Below the pieces are notes generated by a model that saw nothing but the letters and a program-made list of their open reading frames with translations, was not told the DNA's origin and made no database searches. Below are positions 1-10,596 of a DNA stretch of 64,000 nucleotides, in pieces; within the stretch, counting starts at the first letter, position 1; the number at the start of each line of letters is the position of its first letter. Source of the DNA: Escherichia coli (lineage in GTDB: Bacteria; Pseudomonadota; Gammaproteobacteria; Enterobacterales; Enterobacteriaceae); the NCBI RefSeq assembly GCF_017348835.2, contig NZ_CP071375.1; one strand, 5' to 3'. Both the position numbers and the translations under genes were made by a program.

Positions 1-944
1 TCAAGGGCAGTTGCCAGAGATTGCACCGCCGCGTAGGTGATCCAGACATAAGGCCCGGACGGATCTTTCTTGTCTGCTTTCAGCGCATCAACGATGCCCT
101 GGTTTGCCGGATCCTGGTCATAGCGTTTTGGCATAGTGACCAACATGCCTTCGGCGGCATCACCGGCAATGTTCGACAACGACGCATTACCCACACCTTC
201 CGGCCCCATAAACTGGGTTTTCAGGCCAACGGAACGGGCCTGGCGCAGCATCTGCCCCATTTCCGGGTAGTAACCGCCGTAGTAAACGAAGTCGATGTTT
301 TCTTTTTTCAGGCGGGCGATCAGCGCGGAGAAATCTTTCTCCCCGGCGGTAATACCGTCGAAGAAGACGACGTTGGCGTTAGCCGCTTTCAGCCCGTCCT
401 GCACCGAACGCGCCAGCCCTTCGCCATACTGTTGTTTGTCGTGAATGATGGCGATGCGCTGAGGCTTCACCGTCTCAAGAATGTATTTTGCCGCCGTTGG
501 CCCCTGGGAAGAGTCCAGCCCGGCAGTACGCATAATGTGTTGATAACCGCGTTGGGTCAGCTCCGGGTTGGTCGCTCCCGGCGAGATCATCAGAATACCT
601 TCGTCTTCATAGATATCTGACGCAGGCTGGGTAGAAGAAGAACACAGATGACCAATAACGTATTTAATGCCGTCATTAACGATTTTGTTGGCGACCGCAA
701 CGGCTTGTTTCGGGTCGCAGGCGTCGTCATATTCCACGCCAACCAGCTTATCGCCTTTAATTCCCCCTTTGGCATTAATGTCTTTAATCGCCTGACGCGC
801 GCCGTTAAATTCCATATCGCCCCACTGGGCAATCGGGCCGGACATCGCGCCGACAACGGCAACTTTAATATCGTCGGCTAAAGCGGTGTGTGAAATTGCC
901 AGTGCAATCATCCCTGCGATGATAGTTTTCGCATTCCGTTTCAT
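1..944 (-). CDS. livK: Leucine-specific periplasmic binding protein LivK; 3' end lies beyond the window start
   Basis: Reverse complement of 861-944 translates [28 protein letters not shown]; reading frame is open to position 1; absent from ORF track because it runs off the window. Confidence 0.85.
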   Translation of the reverse strand, partial: MKRNAKTIIAGMIALAISHTALADDIKVAVVGAMSGPIAQWGDMEFNGARQAIKDINAKGGIKGDKLVGVEYDDACDPKQAVAVANKIVNDGIKYVIGHLCSSSTQPASDIYEDEGILMISPGATNPELTQRGYQHIMRTAGLDSSQGPTAAKYILETVKPQRIAIIHDKQQYGEGLARSVQDGLKAANANVVFFDGITAGEKDFSALIARLKKENIDFVYYGGYYPEMGQMLRQARSVGLKTQFMGPEGVGNASLSNIAGDAAEGMLVTMPKRYDQDPANQGIVDALKADKKDPSGPYVWITYAAVQSLATAL

Positions 945-1367
945 AGTCAAAAATCCCCATTCGTGATGTTGTGTTGCTTTGTTTTTATGTGTTAACAAAT
1001 CAGACTGTTCTTTTTTTATACTGCACTGTTTTTGCCTGTCTGATTAAGGGTTTAGCGCAGTATTTTGTGATAATAGCGATTAAAGTCCCTATTTTTCAGT
1101 CGATTAAGAACAGATAATATTCTGAATTTATTGATAGATAAACAGAAAAAAGTGCCTTTGTCAGCATAAAATAACGGCACAAAGGGCGGAATAATTCACT
1201 ACCATTCAGGGGATTATGCTGGGTATTTTTCATTCTCTAATGTTTTAACTTTGTAATTATTGCTGTTAAAAAATTAATCACCTGCCAAAAGAAATAAAAA
1301 AGAGAAAGCCTCCGATTAAATTATTTCGCTACACTGGTTCCACTTTTGTGATTTACACGGGTTACCC

Positions 1368-1751
1368 ATGAAGCTGACCATCATTCGATTAGAAAAATTT
1401 AGCGACCAGGACCGGATTGACCTGCAAAAGATCTGGCCGGAGTATTCCCCTTCCTCTTTACAGGTTGACGATAACCACCGCATCTACGCCGCACGTTTCA
1501 ACGAGCGCCTGCTTGCTGCTGTACGCGTAACCTTGAGCGGCACCGGGGGGGCACTGGATTCTCTGCGCGTGCGGGAAGTCACCCGACGTCGCGGCGTGGG
1601 GCAATATCTGCTGGAAGAGGTGTTAAGTGATAATGCCAGCGTTTCATCCTGGTGGATGGCGGATGCAGGCGTAGAAGATCGCGGTGTGATGACGGCGTTT
1701 ATGCAGGCACTGGGATTTACGGCACAGCAGGGCGGCTGGGAGAAGCGTTAA
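1368..1751 (+). CDS. panZ: PanD maturation factor PanZ (formerly YhhK), GNAT-fold, 127 aa
   Basis: 127-aa ORF MKLTIIRLEKFSDQDRIDLQKIWPEY matches remembered PanZ; position between livK and livJ. Confidence 0.85.
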   Translation: MKLTIIRLEKFSDQDRIDLQKIWPEYSPSSLQVDDNHRIYAARFNERLLAAVRVTLSGTGGALDSLRVREVTRRRGVGQYLLEEVLSDNASVSSWWMADAGVEDRGVMTAFMQALGFTAQQGGWEKR

Positions 1752-2275
1752 TCGCTCTGTGTAAAAAGCAGTTCAATGGATTTGGTTGGGAAAAATAACG
1801 CATTTTCGTTTTCCCCGACTAAAGGGATAAAGCCCAGCGATTTATAAAACGTATGGGCTTTTTCATTCAGCGCCTCGACAAAAAGACCGTGAATACCTAC
1901 CGCTAAAGAGGCTGACCAGACGACTTTCATGGCATGAGCAACCAGTGTTGCTCCCCATCCCTGCCCCTGTAATGAACGATCAATTGCCAGACGCCCAAGA
2001 GTGACGCTGGGAATATTTTTGTAGGGAATTTTTTTCTGTTTCGATTTCGAGGGCAATGCGGCTCGTTCAAAACAACTGCCGGATAATGTGTAATATCCCA
2101 GCACCTGACGTTCTGGAGTGTTGCGACAAAGGATATACGCTCGCAGAATTTTGTTGCGATGTTGACGAACGAGATGTGTCGTCAGAAAGAGATTTAACGC
2201 TTCCTCGCCGCAGTCGAATCGCTGTAGATCATAATCTGCATCATCGGTCAGAATCTCTATCGTCAGATCATCCAT
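1748..2275 (-). CDS. GNAT-family acetyltransferase toxin of a type II TA pair (TacT/AtaT/ItaT-like tRNA-acetylating family), 175 aa
   Basis: 175-aa ORF with acetyl-CoA-binding motif LQGQGWG; lies 6 bp downstream of a DUF1778-type antitoxin ORF on the same strand; stop codon overlaps panZ stop. Confidence 0.75.
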   Translation of the reverse strand: MDDLTIEILTDDADYDLQRFDCGEEALNLFLTTHLVRQHRNKILRAYILCRNTPERQVLGYYTLSGSCFERAALPSKSKQKKIPYKNIPSVTLGRLAIDRSLQGQGWGATLVAHAMKVVWSASLAVGIHGLFVEALNEKAHTFYKSLGFIPLVGENENALFFPTKSIELLFTQSD

Positions 2276-2281
2276 AAATTA

Positions 2282-2548
2282 TTACATTCCCTGAAGACGT
2301 TTTGCCGCACGTTTTAGCTTTTCACCTGGTGACGGTGGATTACTCAGCGCATCCATCACCCGCATCCAGGATTCCTCATTGAGGATCACCCGCCGATGTT
2401 GTTCAATCACTTCCGCAGCCCGCTGCGAAGCGCTGTTCAACATAAATTGGCTGACGGACTGATTAGATATCGCTGCCGCTTCCTCAATCATACTTTTGTC
2501 ATCGTCAGTTAAACGCAGATCGATACGCTGCTTTTTAACAGCAGACAT
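2282..2548 (-). CDS. DUF1778/RHH-type antitoxin (TacA/AtaR-like), 88 aa
   Basis: 88-aa ORF MSAVKKQRIDLRLTDDDKSMIEEAA typical of DUF1778 antitoxins; immediately upstream of the GNAT toxin. Confidence 0.75.
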   Translation of the reverse strand: MSAVKKQRIDLRLTDDDKSMIEEAAAISNQSVSQFMLNSASQRAAEVIEQHRRVILNEESWMRVMDALSNPPSPGEKLKRAAKRLQGM

Positions 2549-2697
2549 GTGAACTCTCCTGCTCCGTATAATATGTACGGCATATCACCGTACAATAAGC
2601 ATATCCTGGATTGTTTAATCTTTCTACAACCATTTCGACAAACACAAAAAAACCCGATGGACGTTAAGCGCACCGGGCATTTTCATTTATCTAACAA

Positions 2698-3801
2698 TTA
2701 CTTCGCATCGGTCGCCGTGCCGTTGGCGTGCCAGTCAAATACGCCGAACTCAAAGCCTTTCAGATCGCCTTTCTCATCCCAGGTCAGCGGTCCCATTACG
2801 GTATCCACGGAGTTCGCTTTCAGGTATTTGGCGATTTCAGCCGGATCGTCAGACTGATTCAGGCCCGCCTGCAAAGATTGCAGCGCGGCGTAGGTGGTCC
2901 AGACGAATGCGCCGCTTGGGTCCTGTTTTTTCGCTTTGATCGCATCAACAATGGGTTTGTTCGCCGGAACCTGATCGTAGTTCTTCGGCTTGGTCACCAG
3001 CAGCCCTTCCGCTGATTCGCCCGCAATGTTAGACAGCGAAACGTTAGCCACACCTTCCGGCCCCATAAACTGAGTTTTCAGCCCTGCCGCGCGTGCCTGA
3101 CGCAGGATTTGCCCCATTTCCGGGTGATAACCGCCGTAGTAAACGAAGTCGATATTCTCTTTTTTCAGACGCGCCACCAGCGTTGAGAAATCTTTTTCCC
3201 CGGCGGTGATACCATCAAAGAACACCACGTTAGCATTGCCTTTCTTCAGGCCGTCCTGCACCGCTCGCGCCAGACCTTCGCCGTATTGCTGTTTGTCGTG
3301 AACGATAGCAATACGCTGCGGTTTCACTTTCTCAAGAATATATTTCGCCGCCGTCGGCCCCTGGTCGGAGTCCAGGCCGGTGGTGCGCAGGATCAGCTGA
3401 TAGCCACGGGCGGTCAGCTCCGGCGCGGTTGCCGCTGGGGTGATCATTAAAATGCCTTCGTCTTCGTAGATGTCAGACGCAGGCTGCGTTGATGAAGAAC
3501 AGAGGTGACCAATCACGTATTTAATGCCGTCGTTAACGACTTTGTTCGCCACCGCAACCGCCTGTTTCGGGTCACAGGCATCGTCATATTTTACGATTTG
3601 CAGTTTGTTGCCTTTAATGCCGCCTTTAGCGTTGATATCCGCAACCGCCTGCTCTGCGCCGGTAAACTCCTGGTCACCGTACTGCGCAACCGGACCGGAC
3701 ATTGCGCCCACGACCGCGACTTTAATATCTTCTGCCAGAGCCATATTGCTGAATGCCAGCGCGATACATCCTGCCAGTAACGCTTTACCCTTTATGTTCA
3801 T
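2698..3801 (-). CDS. livJ: Branched-chain amino acid periplasmic binding protein LivJ, 367 aa
   Basis: ORF track 2698..3858 trimmed to the internal [23 protein letters not shown] signal-peptide start; paralogue of LivK. Confidence 0.9.
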   Translation of the reverse strand: MNIKGKALLAGCIALAFSNMALAEDIKVAVVGAMSGPVAQYGDQEFTGAEQAVADINAKGGIKGNKLQIVKYDDACDPKQAVAVANKVVNDGIKYVIGHLCSSSTQPASDIYEDEGILMITPAATAPELTARGYQLILRTTGLDSDQGPTAAKYILEKVKPQRIAIVHDKQQYGEGLARAVQDGLKKGNANVVFFDGITAGEKDFSTLVARLKKENIDFVYYGGYHPEMGQILRQARAAGLKTQFMGPEGVANVSLSNIAGESAEGLLVTKPKNYDQVPANKPIVDAIKAKKQDPSGAFVWTTYAALQSLQAGLNQSDDPAEIAKYLKANSVDTVMGPLTWDEKGDLKGFEFGVFDWHANGTATDAK

Positions 3802-4071
3802 CCTGAGAATCCCCATTCTTCTGGTTATTACGTGTGTTGTGATGTTGTTGTTCAGCACTTTATTTCGTTTTATGCATGACTACCCGTGCTTTAGCAGCAT
3901 ACTCTGCTAAAACATACCCGATTTTTATGATATTGGAATAGCTATTTTGACAGTTTATTAACAATCTGCGTGGGGATTGGCGTTTTGCCGGAGGGGAAAT
4001 TGATTATTGTAGAGGCCCAAAAAACAAAAACCCCGGACTCGCATCCAGGGTTCTCTGCTTAATAGCGGAAA

Positions 4072-4926
4072 TTACGCTTCTATAGCAGCGCGCAGTTTTT
4101 TCATCGCGTTCTTTTCCAGCTGGCGTACACGTTCAGCGGAAACACCGTAACGGTCAGCCAGTTCCTGCAACGTGGACTTGTTGTCTTCGTCCAGCCAGCG
4201 CGCACGGATGATGTCCTGGCTGCGTTCGTCCAGACCCTGCATCGCGTCGGTCAGACGATTTGCTGCCTGCTCTTCCCAGTTATCATCTTCAATGCCGTCG
4301 GCAAAGTTAGATGATTTATCCTGCAGATAGAGCACCGGTGCCATCGGTTGGCTGTCGGAATCGTCGTCGGAAGACAGGTCAAAGGTCATGTCCTGTGCCG
4401 CCATACGTGATTCCATCTCACGTACGTCTTTGCTGGTTACGCCCAGTTCACGGGCCACCATTTCGACTTCATCCTGGTTAAACCAGCCCAGACGCTGCTT
4501 GGTTTTACGCAGGTTGAAGAACAGTTTGCGCTGCGCTTTGGTGGTCGCAACTTTGACGATACGCCAGTTACGCAGAACGTATTCGTGGATCTCTGCTTTG
4601 ATCCAGTGGACGGCGAAGGAGACCAGGCGCACACCCACTTCCGGGTTGAAACGGCGCACTGCTTTCATCAGGCCGATGTTACCTTCCTGAATCAAATCCG
4701 CCTGTGGCAGGCCATAGCCCGCATAATTACGAGCAATATGAACAACAAACCGCAGGTGAGACAGGATCAGCGTTTTAGCTGCTTCCAGATCGCCATGGTA
4801 ATGCAGCTTTTCAGCCAGCGCCCGCTCCTCGTCAGCCGACAACATCGGCCACGCGTTAGCTGCCCGGATGTAGGAATCCAGGTTGCCAACTGGGGCTAAA
4901 GCTAAACTTTGCATTTTGTCAGTCAT
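4072..4926 (-). CDS. rpoH: RNA polymerase sigma-32 heat-shock factor RpoH, 284 aa
   Basis: 284-aa [54 protein letters not shown] matches RpoH. Confidence 0.95.
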   Translation of the reverse strand: MTDKMQSLALAPVGNLDSYIRAANAWPMLSADEERALAEKLHYHGDLEAAKTLILSHLRFVVHIARNYAGYGLPQADLIQEGNIGLMKAVRRFNPEVGVRLVSFAVHWIKAEIHEYVLRNWRIVKVATTKAQRKLFFNLRKTKQRLGWFNQDEVEMVARELGVTSKDVREMESRMAAQDMTFDLSSDDDSDSQPMAPVLYLQDKSSNFADGIEDDNWEEQAANRLTDAMQGLDERSQDIIRARWLDEDNKSTLQELADRYGVSAERVRQLEKNAMKKLRAAIEA

Positions 4927-5019
4927 TCAAATCCTCTCAATCGATATCTTCTGGCGCTTCAGTGGTAGCAACAACTGTGCCAGAGCTTAAGAGCAACGAG
5001 GTTATCATTCACTGTTTTA

Positions 5020-5046
5020 TCAGACCGTGATTTTATCCACAAGTTC
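5020..5046 (-). promoter_or_regulatory. rpoH P3 sigma-E dependent promoter (GAACTT-N16-TCTGA)
   Basis: Minus strand reads TTGAACTTGTGGATAAAATCACGGTCTGATAAAACAGTGAATG upstream of rpoH; matches the sigma-E consensus and the remembered rpoH P3. Confidence 0.6.
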
Positions 5047-5170
5047 AATGCAAGCTTGTGAATAAATTACGCACAAAATGTGACATAGAGATGAAATACC
5101 GGGAAGAGACAACGGGGTCTCTCTCCCTGCTACGGAACCCATTGCAGGGAAAGAGTATAACACGCTTTTA

Positions 5171-6229
5171 TTATTCAGGCGTAAAGTGGCGTAAATGTTG
5201 TACCGTGGCAAGCCACGCTGCCACCCAGCCAATCATCGAGCATACCAGCAGCAATAGCAGGCATTCATCGAACGATAAGCCATTGATATCAAACTTCGTT
5301 CCGAAAACCTGTGCCACTTCCGCAACCGCCGATGACAATCGCAGCACCAGAATTTCTGACAAAATTAATGACAACAATGCGCCAGAAAATCCCAGCAGTG
5401 CGCCACCGTACAGGAACGGGCGCAGGATGAAACCATCCGTCGCACCAATCAGTTTCTGCACGTTGATGGAGTCACGACGAGCAAAGATACTCAGGCGTAC
5501 ACTGTTACCGATGACGAGGAACACTGCCGCCACCATCAACACGCCGATCATCGCCGAAACGCGCCCGACCAGCCCGGTCAACGCCGCCAGACGGGCAAAC
5601 CAGCTGTCATCCATCCGCACTTCGTCAATGCCGTTAATCTGCGTGATACGATCACGCAGCGTATTGAGTGATTCCGTCCCCTGAAAATCGAGTTTCGGGA
5701 TCACCACCGCCACTGCCGGAAGCGGGTTTTCTTCCAGCATATCCAGCGCACCACCAAAACCAGACCAGTTACGGAACTCGCCCAGTGCGTCTTCACGAGA
5801 AAGATAGTTCACTTTCTCCACGCCTTGCTCGGCCTGCAACTGTGCCACCACGCCCGCAGCGGCGTCATCGTCCAGCGTTTTTTGCAGATAAACAGTGATT
5901 TGCGGCGACGGATAATACTGCGTCGCCGCCTGGTTAACGTTTTTGTACACCATATAACAGACGCTGGGCAGCGTCAGGGAGATGGCGATAACCATCACCG
6001 TTAAAAACGTGGCGAACGGTTTGCTTTTCAGATCCTGCAATGCGCCGTGGAAGGCATAGCGCACCTGTTCGTTGAAAACGTTGGTTTTGCGATTTACCGG
6101 TTTTGGCGAGGATTTCGCGCGTTTCGGTGCGTTACGACCGCCGTCGCCTGAGCCGCCGACCGATTTACGGAAGCGATCAAGACGCCCGCCAAACTGCCGA
6201 ATATGATTGATTGCATCGCGCTTATTCAT
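5171..6229 (-). CDS. ftsX: Cell division permease-like protein FtsX, 352 aa
   Basis: ORF track 5171..6256 trimmed to [15 protein letters not shown] start; overlaps ftsE stop. Confidence 0.9.
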
Positions 6230-6890
6230 GGCCCACGCCTCCATGCAAGTGACCATCGCTCAGGGTGAGCATGCGATAGGAACGCCGTGAAATCAGGTTG
6301 ATGTCGTGCGTTGCCATCAATACGGTTACCCCAACGCGGTTAAACTCTTCAAACAGACGTAGAATCCCTTCCGACAACGCGTCGTCCAGGTTACCAGTCG
6401 GTTCGTCCGCCAGCAGTACCGCGGGCTTATTCACCACCGCGCGGGCAATGCCAACACGCTGTTGTTCACCGCCGGAAAGCTGAATAGGAAAGTTCTTCGC
6501 TTTGTCCAGTAGCCCGACTTTATCCAGCGCCGCCGACACCCGGCGACGAATATCGTCACCGCTGGCACCGGCGATAATCAGCGGGATCGCCACGTTATCG
6601 TAGACAGTACGGTCCATCAGTAGATGGTGATCCTGGAAAATCATGCCAATCTGGCGGCGCAGAAACGGAACTTCACGGTTTTTCAGACGCGTGATGTCAT
6701 GGCCGCTAAACCAGATTTTCCCGGCGCTGGGCCGCTCAATCCCACAGATCAGCTTCAGGAGGGTACTTTTCCCTGCGCCGGAATGACCGGTCAGAAACGC
6801 CATCTCACCCGGCTGCATATGGAACGTAACGCCCTGCAGCGCCTGTCTCCCACCGAGATAAGCCTTGCTGACATGTTCAAAGCGAATCAT
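6222..6890 (-). CDS. ftsE: Cell division ATP-binding protein FtsE, 222 aa
   Basis: 222-aa ORF with Walker [10 protein letters not shown] and ABC signature LSGGEQQR; between ftsY and ftsX. Confidence 0.95.
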
Positions 6891-6892
6891 TG

Positions 6893-8389
6893 TTAATCCT
6901 CTCGGGCAAAAAGTGCCTCTATAAAGTCGTCCGCCTTAAACGGACGCAAATCCTCAATACGTTCGCCGACACCAATGTAGCGGATAGGGATACCAAACTG
7001 GTCAGCCACCGAGAAAATTACCCCGCCTTTCGCCGTGCCGTCCAGTTTCGTTAGCGTGATGCCGGTTAAGCCAACAGCTTCGTGGAACAGTTTGGCCTGG
7101 CTTACCGCGTTCTGCCCGGTGCTGGCATCAATAGTCAGCATAACTTCATGCGGCGCTTCAACGTCGAGTTTCTTCATCACGCGGACGATTTTCTTCAACT
7201 CTTCCATCAGATGCGATTTGTTCTGCAGACGTCCGGCGGTATCGGCAATCAGGACGTCGATATTACGCGCTTTAGCTGCCTGAATGGCGTCGAAGATAAC
7301 AGAGGCGGAATCCGCACCGGTATGCTGGGCAATCACCGGAATATTGTTGCGCTGACCCCAGACCTGAAGCTGTTCAACCGCTGCTGCACGGAAAGTATCG
7401 CCCGCCGCCAGCATCACCGATTTACCCTGCTGCTCAAACTGACGCGCCAGCTTACCAATCGTCGTGGTTTTACCCACACCGTTGACGCCCACCATCAGGA
7501 TCACGAACGGCGTTTTACCTTCAACATTCAGCGGCTCATCGACTTTCGCCAGAATCTCGCCCATCTCTTCTTTCAGCAGGCCATAGAGCGCCTCGGCATC
7601 ACGAAGCTGCTTGCGGGATGCGCCTTCCGTCAGATTGGTGATAATTTTACGTGTGGTTTCCACGCCCACATCGGCGATCAACAGCTGTTCTTCCAGCTCT
7701 TCAAAAAGATCATCGTCGATTTTTTTACCGCGGAACAGGCTGATAAATCCGGAACCGAGATTTTCTTTGGTTTTTAACAGGCTGCGTTTCAGGCGCGCGA
7801 AAAAACCTTCTTTGGTTGGTTTTTCCTGCTCCTGAGCGATTTCTTCCACCGGCTGCTCTTCTTCTGCCGGAGGAACCACTATCACCGCTTCTTCTGCCGC
7901 TTCGGCAGCCAGCGCCTGTGCTTCCAGCTCTTCGTCGGTGATTTCTTCTTTAGCCGCTTCTTCTTCCGCCACTTCGACAATCTCTACGGTTTCCGCTTCA
8001 GCCTGCCACTCTTCTGGCGAAACCTCTTCGGCGTTGACGTCTTCCGGCAACGGCAGCTCTTCACGTTCGATAGCCACTGGCTCCGGCGTTTCTTCTACGA
8101 CCGGTTCCGGCTGTGCAACGACTTCCGCTTCAGGCTGCGCTTTTTCACTTTCAGCAACCTGTTCAGTGACTTCCACAACGTCGGCAGCAAAAGTTTCCGC
8201 CTCGGCTTCAGTATGCGCCTGCGGCTGCTCTTCAACGGCGTGTTCAGAAGCCTTCACAGGCTCTTGCGCCTGAACGATTTCTTCTACAACCGGTTGTTCA
8301 TTCTGAACTTCTGTCTCTTTTTCCGGGGTCTGCTCTTTTTGACCAAAGCCCAGCCAGGAAAAAAAGCCACGTTTTTTTTCTTTCGCCAT
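6893..8389 (-). CDS. ftsY: Signal recognition particle receptor FtsY
   Basis: 498-aa ORF with acidic N-terminal domain and C-terminal SRP GTPase domain (GVNGVGKTT); operon ftsYEX. Confidence 0.95.
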   Translation of the reverse strand: MAKEKKRGFFSWLGFGQKEQTPEKETEVQNEQPVVEEIVQAQEPVKASEHAVEEQPQAHTEAEAETFAADVVEVTEQVAESEKAQPEAEVVAQPEPVVEETPEPVAIEREELPLPEDVNAEEVSPEEWQAEAETVEIVEVAEEEAAKEEITDEELEAQALAAEAAEEAVIVVPPAEEEQPVEEIAQEQEKPTKEGFFARLKRSLLKTKENLGSGFISLFRGKKIDDDLFEELEEQLLIADVGVETTRKIITNLTEGASRKQLRDAEALYGLLKEEMGEILAKVDEPLNVEGKTPFVILMVGVNGVGKTTTIGKLARQFEQQGKSVMLAAGDTFRAAAVEQLQVWGQRNNIPVIAQHTGADSASVIFDAIQAAKARNIDVLIADTAGRLQNKSHLMEELKKIVRVMKKLDVEAPHEVMLTIDASTGQNAVSQAKLFHEAVGLTGITLTKLDGTAKGGVIFSVADQFGIPIRYIGVGERIEDLRPFKADDFIEALFARED

Positions 8390-8538
8390 TTGCGACTACA
8401 CTCCTCGCTGTTGCTTCATGGCACAGCGTTAACGCTATGTACATAGCAGCTAAAAAAATGATGAAATAGTCTATCACTTAACTTAATTCACATCACCGCC
8501 TGCAATTATGTGTTATCTGGCGGATTGAGCAATTTATC

Positions 8539-9135
8539 ATGAAAAAACCGAATCATTCCGGCAGCGGCCAAATCCGCATTATTGGCGGGCAGTGGCGAGG
8601 CCGTAAACTCCCGGTTCCTGATAGCCCAGGTCTGCGCCCCACCACCGACCGCGTACGCGAAACGTTATTTAACTGGCTGGCTCCGGTCATTGTTGACGCC
8701 CAATGTCTGGATTGCTTCGCCGGAAGCGGCGCGCTGGGGCTGGAAGCGTTATCACGCTACGCTGCGGGGGCCACGTTGATTGAGATGGATCGTGCAGTTT
8801 CTCAGCAGTTAATTAAGAATCTGGCGACACTAAAAGCAGGCAATGCACGCGTGGTGAACAGCAACGCGATGTCATTCCTGGCGCAAAAAGGCACACCGCA
8901 TAATATCGTTTTTGTCGATCCACCGTTCCGCCGTGGCTTGTTAGAAGAGACGATAAATTTACTGGAAGATAACGGCTGGCTGGCTGACGAAGCCCTGATT
9001 TATGTCGAAAGCGAAGTCGAAAACGGTCTGCCCACTGTTCCGGCAAACTGGTCATTGCATCGGGAAAAAGTGGCGGGTCAGGTGGCTTATCGGCTGTATC
9101 AACGCGAAGCACAAGGAGAAAGTGATGCTGATTAA
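8539..9135 (+). CDS. rsmD: 16S rRNA m2G966 methyltransferase RsmD, 198 aa
   Basis: 198-aa ORF with methyltransferase motifs LDCFAGSGALGLEA and VFVDPPF. Confidence 0.9.
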   Translation: MKKPNHSGSGQIRIIGGQWRGRKLPVPDSPGLRPTTDRVRETLFNWLAPVIVDAQCLDCFAGSGALGLEALSRYAAGATLIEMDRAVSQQLIKNLATLKAGNARVVNSNAMSFLAQKGTPHNIVFVDPPFRRGLLEETINLLEDNGWLADEALIYVESEVENGLPTVPANWSLHREKVAGQVAYRLYQREAQGESDAD

Positions 9136-9394
9136 TATTGGACGTTTGTTAATGCTCTGCGTTTGGGGATTTTTAATCCTCAACCTGGTGCATCCCTTCC
9201 CGCGCCCGCTGAATATTTTCGTTAACGTGGCGCTGATTTTTACCGTGCTGATGCATGGTATGCAGCTGGCGCTATTGAAATCCACTTTACCGAAAGATGG
9301 CCCGCAGATGACCACCGCCGAAAAGGTGCGAATTTTCCTTTTCGGCGTGTTTGAACTGCTGGTCTGGCAGAAGAAATTTAAAGTTAAAAAATAA
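9125..9394 (+). CDS. yhhL: Small inner-membrane protein YhhL (DUF1145), 89 aa
   Basis: ORF track 9002..9394 trimmed to in-frame ATG at 9125 (MLINIGRLLMLCVWGFLILNLV), start overlapping rsmD end. Confidence 0.75.
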   Translation: MLINIGRLLMLCVWGFLILNLVHPFPRPLNIFVNVALIFTVLMHGMQLALLKSTLPKDGPQMTTAEKVRIFLFGVFELLVWQKKFKVKK

Positions 9395-9396
9395 CC

Positions 9397-9756
9397 TTAT
9401 TGTTCGCCAACAAAGCTAACAAAGCGCGTTCCTTTATAGCTCAGCGTACCTTTATCGCCCACTGTCAGGGCGTGGTACTGCTGGGCGTCGAGGCGAAACG
9501 TCTGCTCCATTCCTCCGCTTTGCGGTTTGAAGCTTGCCTCATAGCGCATACTGGTGCCTGCCGGAGTCACTTCCTGCTGGCGCGAACGGCGATCGTTAAT
9601 CGGTTTTTCCCGCTTGTTGCTCACCACCACCAGCTTTTGCTGGAGCGGTGCCATATCATTATCAGCTTTTTCCCGTCGCTGTTGCATAAAACGAAACGAT
9701 GCGGCGACGATAATTAAGCCAATGATAACAATAAAGAAAAGAGGTGGTTTGCTCAT
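9397..9756 (-). CDS. yhhM: YhhM (DUF2500) membrane-anchored protein, 119 aa
   Basis: 119-aa ORF MSKPPLFFIVIIGLIIVAASFRF; K-12 synteny. Confidence 0.85.
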   Translation of the reverse strand: MSKPPLFFIVIIGLIIVAASFRFMQQRREKADNDMAPLQQKLVVVSNKREKPINDRRSRQQEVTPAGTSMRYEASFKPQSGGMEQTFRLDAQQYHALTVGDKGTLSYKGTRFVSFVGEQ

Positions 9757-9896
9757 CTTTATCCCTCATCGGAAAATGCGGAATTAAGCATACCCTGCCA
9801 GTTATGGTGTTGTCATCCGTCCACCCTCGCCACTAAACTGGAAGCAAGACCGTAGGCATTCCGCTTACGAAAAAATAACGAATTCAAGGAACTAAG

Positions 9897-10523
9897 ATGC
9901 TTTGGTCGTTTATCGCTGTCTGTCTTTCCGCATGGCTATCTGTGGATGCATCGTATCGTGGGCCAACCTGGCAACGCTGGGTGTTTAAACCGTTAACCCT
10001 TCTTCTCCTGTTGTTACTGGCCTGGCAAGCGCCGATGTTCGACGCCATTAGCTATCTGGTGCTGGCGGGGCTGTGCGCCTCACTGCTGGGCGATGCGCTA
10101 ACCCTGTTGCCACGTCAACGTCTGATGTACGCCATCGGCGCGTTTTTCCTCTCGCACCTGCTGTACACCATCTATTTCGCCAGTCAGATGACGCTCTCTT
10201 TCTTCTGGCCTCTGCCGTTGGTACTGCTGGTTCTGGGCGCGCTGTTACTGGCGATTATCTGGACGCGACTGGAAGAGTATCGTTGGCCTATCTGCACGTT
10301 TATCGGCATGACGCTGGTGATGGTGTGGCTGGCAGGTGAACTGTGGTTCTTCCGTCCGACCGCTCCGGCGCTCTCTGCGTTTGTCGGCGCTTCGTTGCTG
10401 TTTATCAGTAACTTTGTCTGGCTGGGTAGCCACTATCGCCGACGCTTCCGTGCGGATAACGCGATTGCTGCGGCCTGCTACTTTGCCGGTCACTTCCTCA
10501 TCGTCCGCTCGCTGTATCTCTGA
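9897..10523 (+). CDS. yhhN: YhhN-family inner membrane protein, 208 aa
   Basis: 208-aa multi-pass membrane ORF; K-12 synteny upstream of zntA. Confidence 0.85.
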
Positions 10524-10529
10524 TAAAAC

Positions 10530-10561
10530 TTGACTCTGGAGTCGACTCCAGAGTGTATCCT
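10530..10561 (+). promoter_or_regulatory. zntA promoter with ZntR (MerR-type) operator: TTGACT, 20-bp spacer containing a dyad, TATCCT
   Basis: cTTGACTctggagtcgactccagagtgTATCCT about 40 bp upstream of zntA ATG; perfect dyad ACTCTGGAGTCGACTCCAGAGT; 20-bp spacer typical of MerR-family promoters. Confidence 0.75.
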
Positions 10562-10596
10562 TCGGTTAATGAGAAAAAACTTAACCGGAGGATGCC

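Noticed and set aside
21-620. 199-aa plus-strand ORF at the window start
   Set aside because: Lies antisense to livK, whose minus-strand frame translates to the known LivK N-terminus; no independent support
1-3801. High nucleotide similarity between the livK and livJ coding regions
   Set aside because: Ancient paralogous duplication of the binding-protein gene, not a mobile repeat
2698-3858. N-terminal extensions in the ORF track (livJ 386 aa, ftsX 361 aa, yhhS 419 aa, yhhT 376 aa, rsmJ 285 aa, prlC 693 aa, rlmJ 297 aa, slp 246 aa, dcrB 203 aa)
   Set aside because: Each contains an internal start that reproduces the remembered protein N-terminus and length; the extensions are upstream in-frame ATGs with no support
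7082-8273. Plus-strand ORFs of 111-231 aa inside ftsY
   Set aside because: Antisense to a well-supported essential gene; the Ser/Thr-rich translation is a by-product of the acidic, GAA/GAG-rich ftsY N-terminal domain
7800-8389. Low-complexity GAA/GAG/GCG-rich repeats in the 5' part of ftsY
   Set aside because: Encodes the known acidic N-terminal domain of FtsY; no direct-repeat/spacer architecture, so not a CRISPR or tandem repeat element
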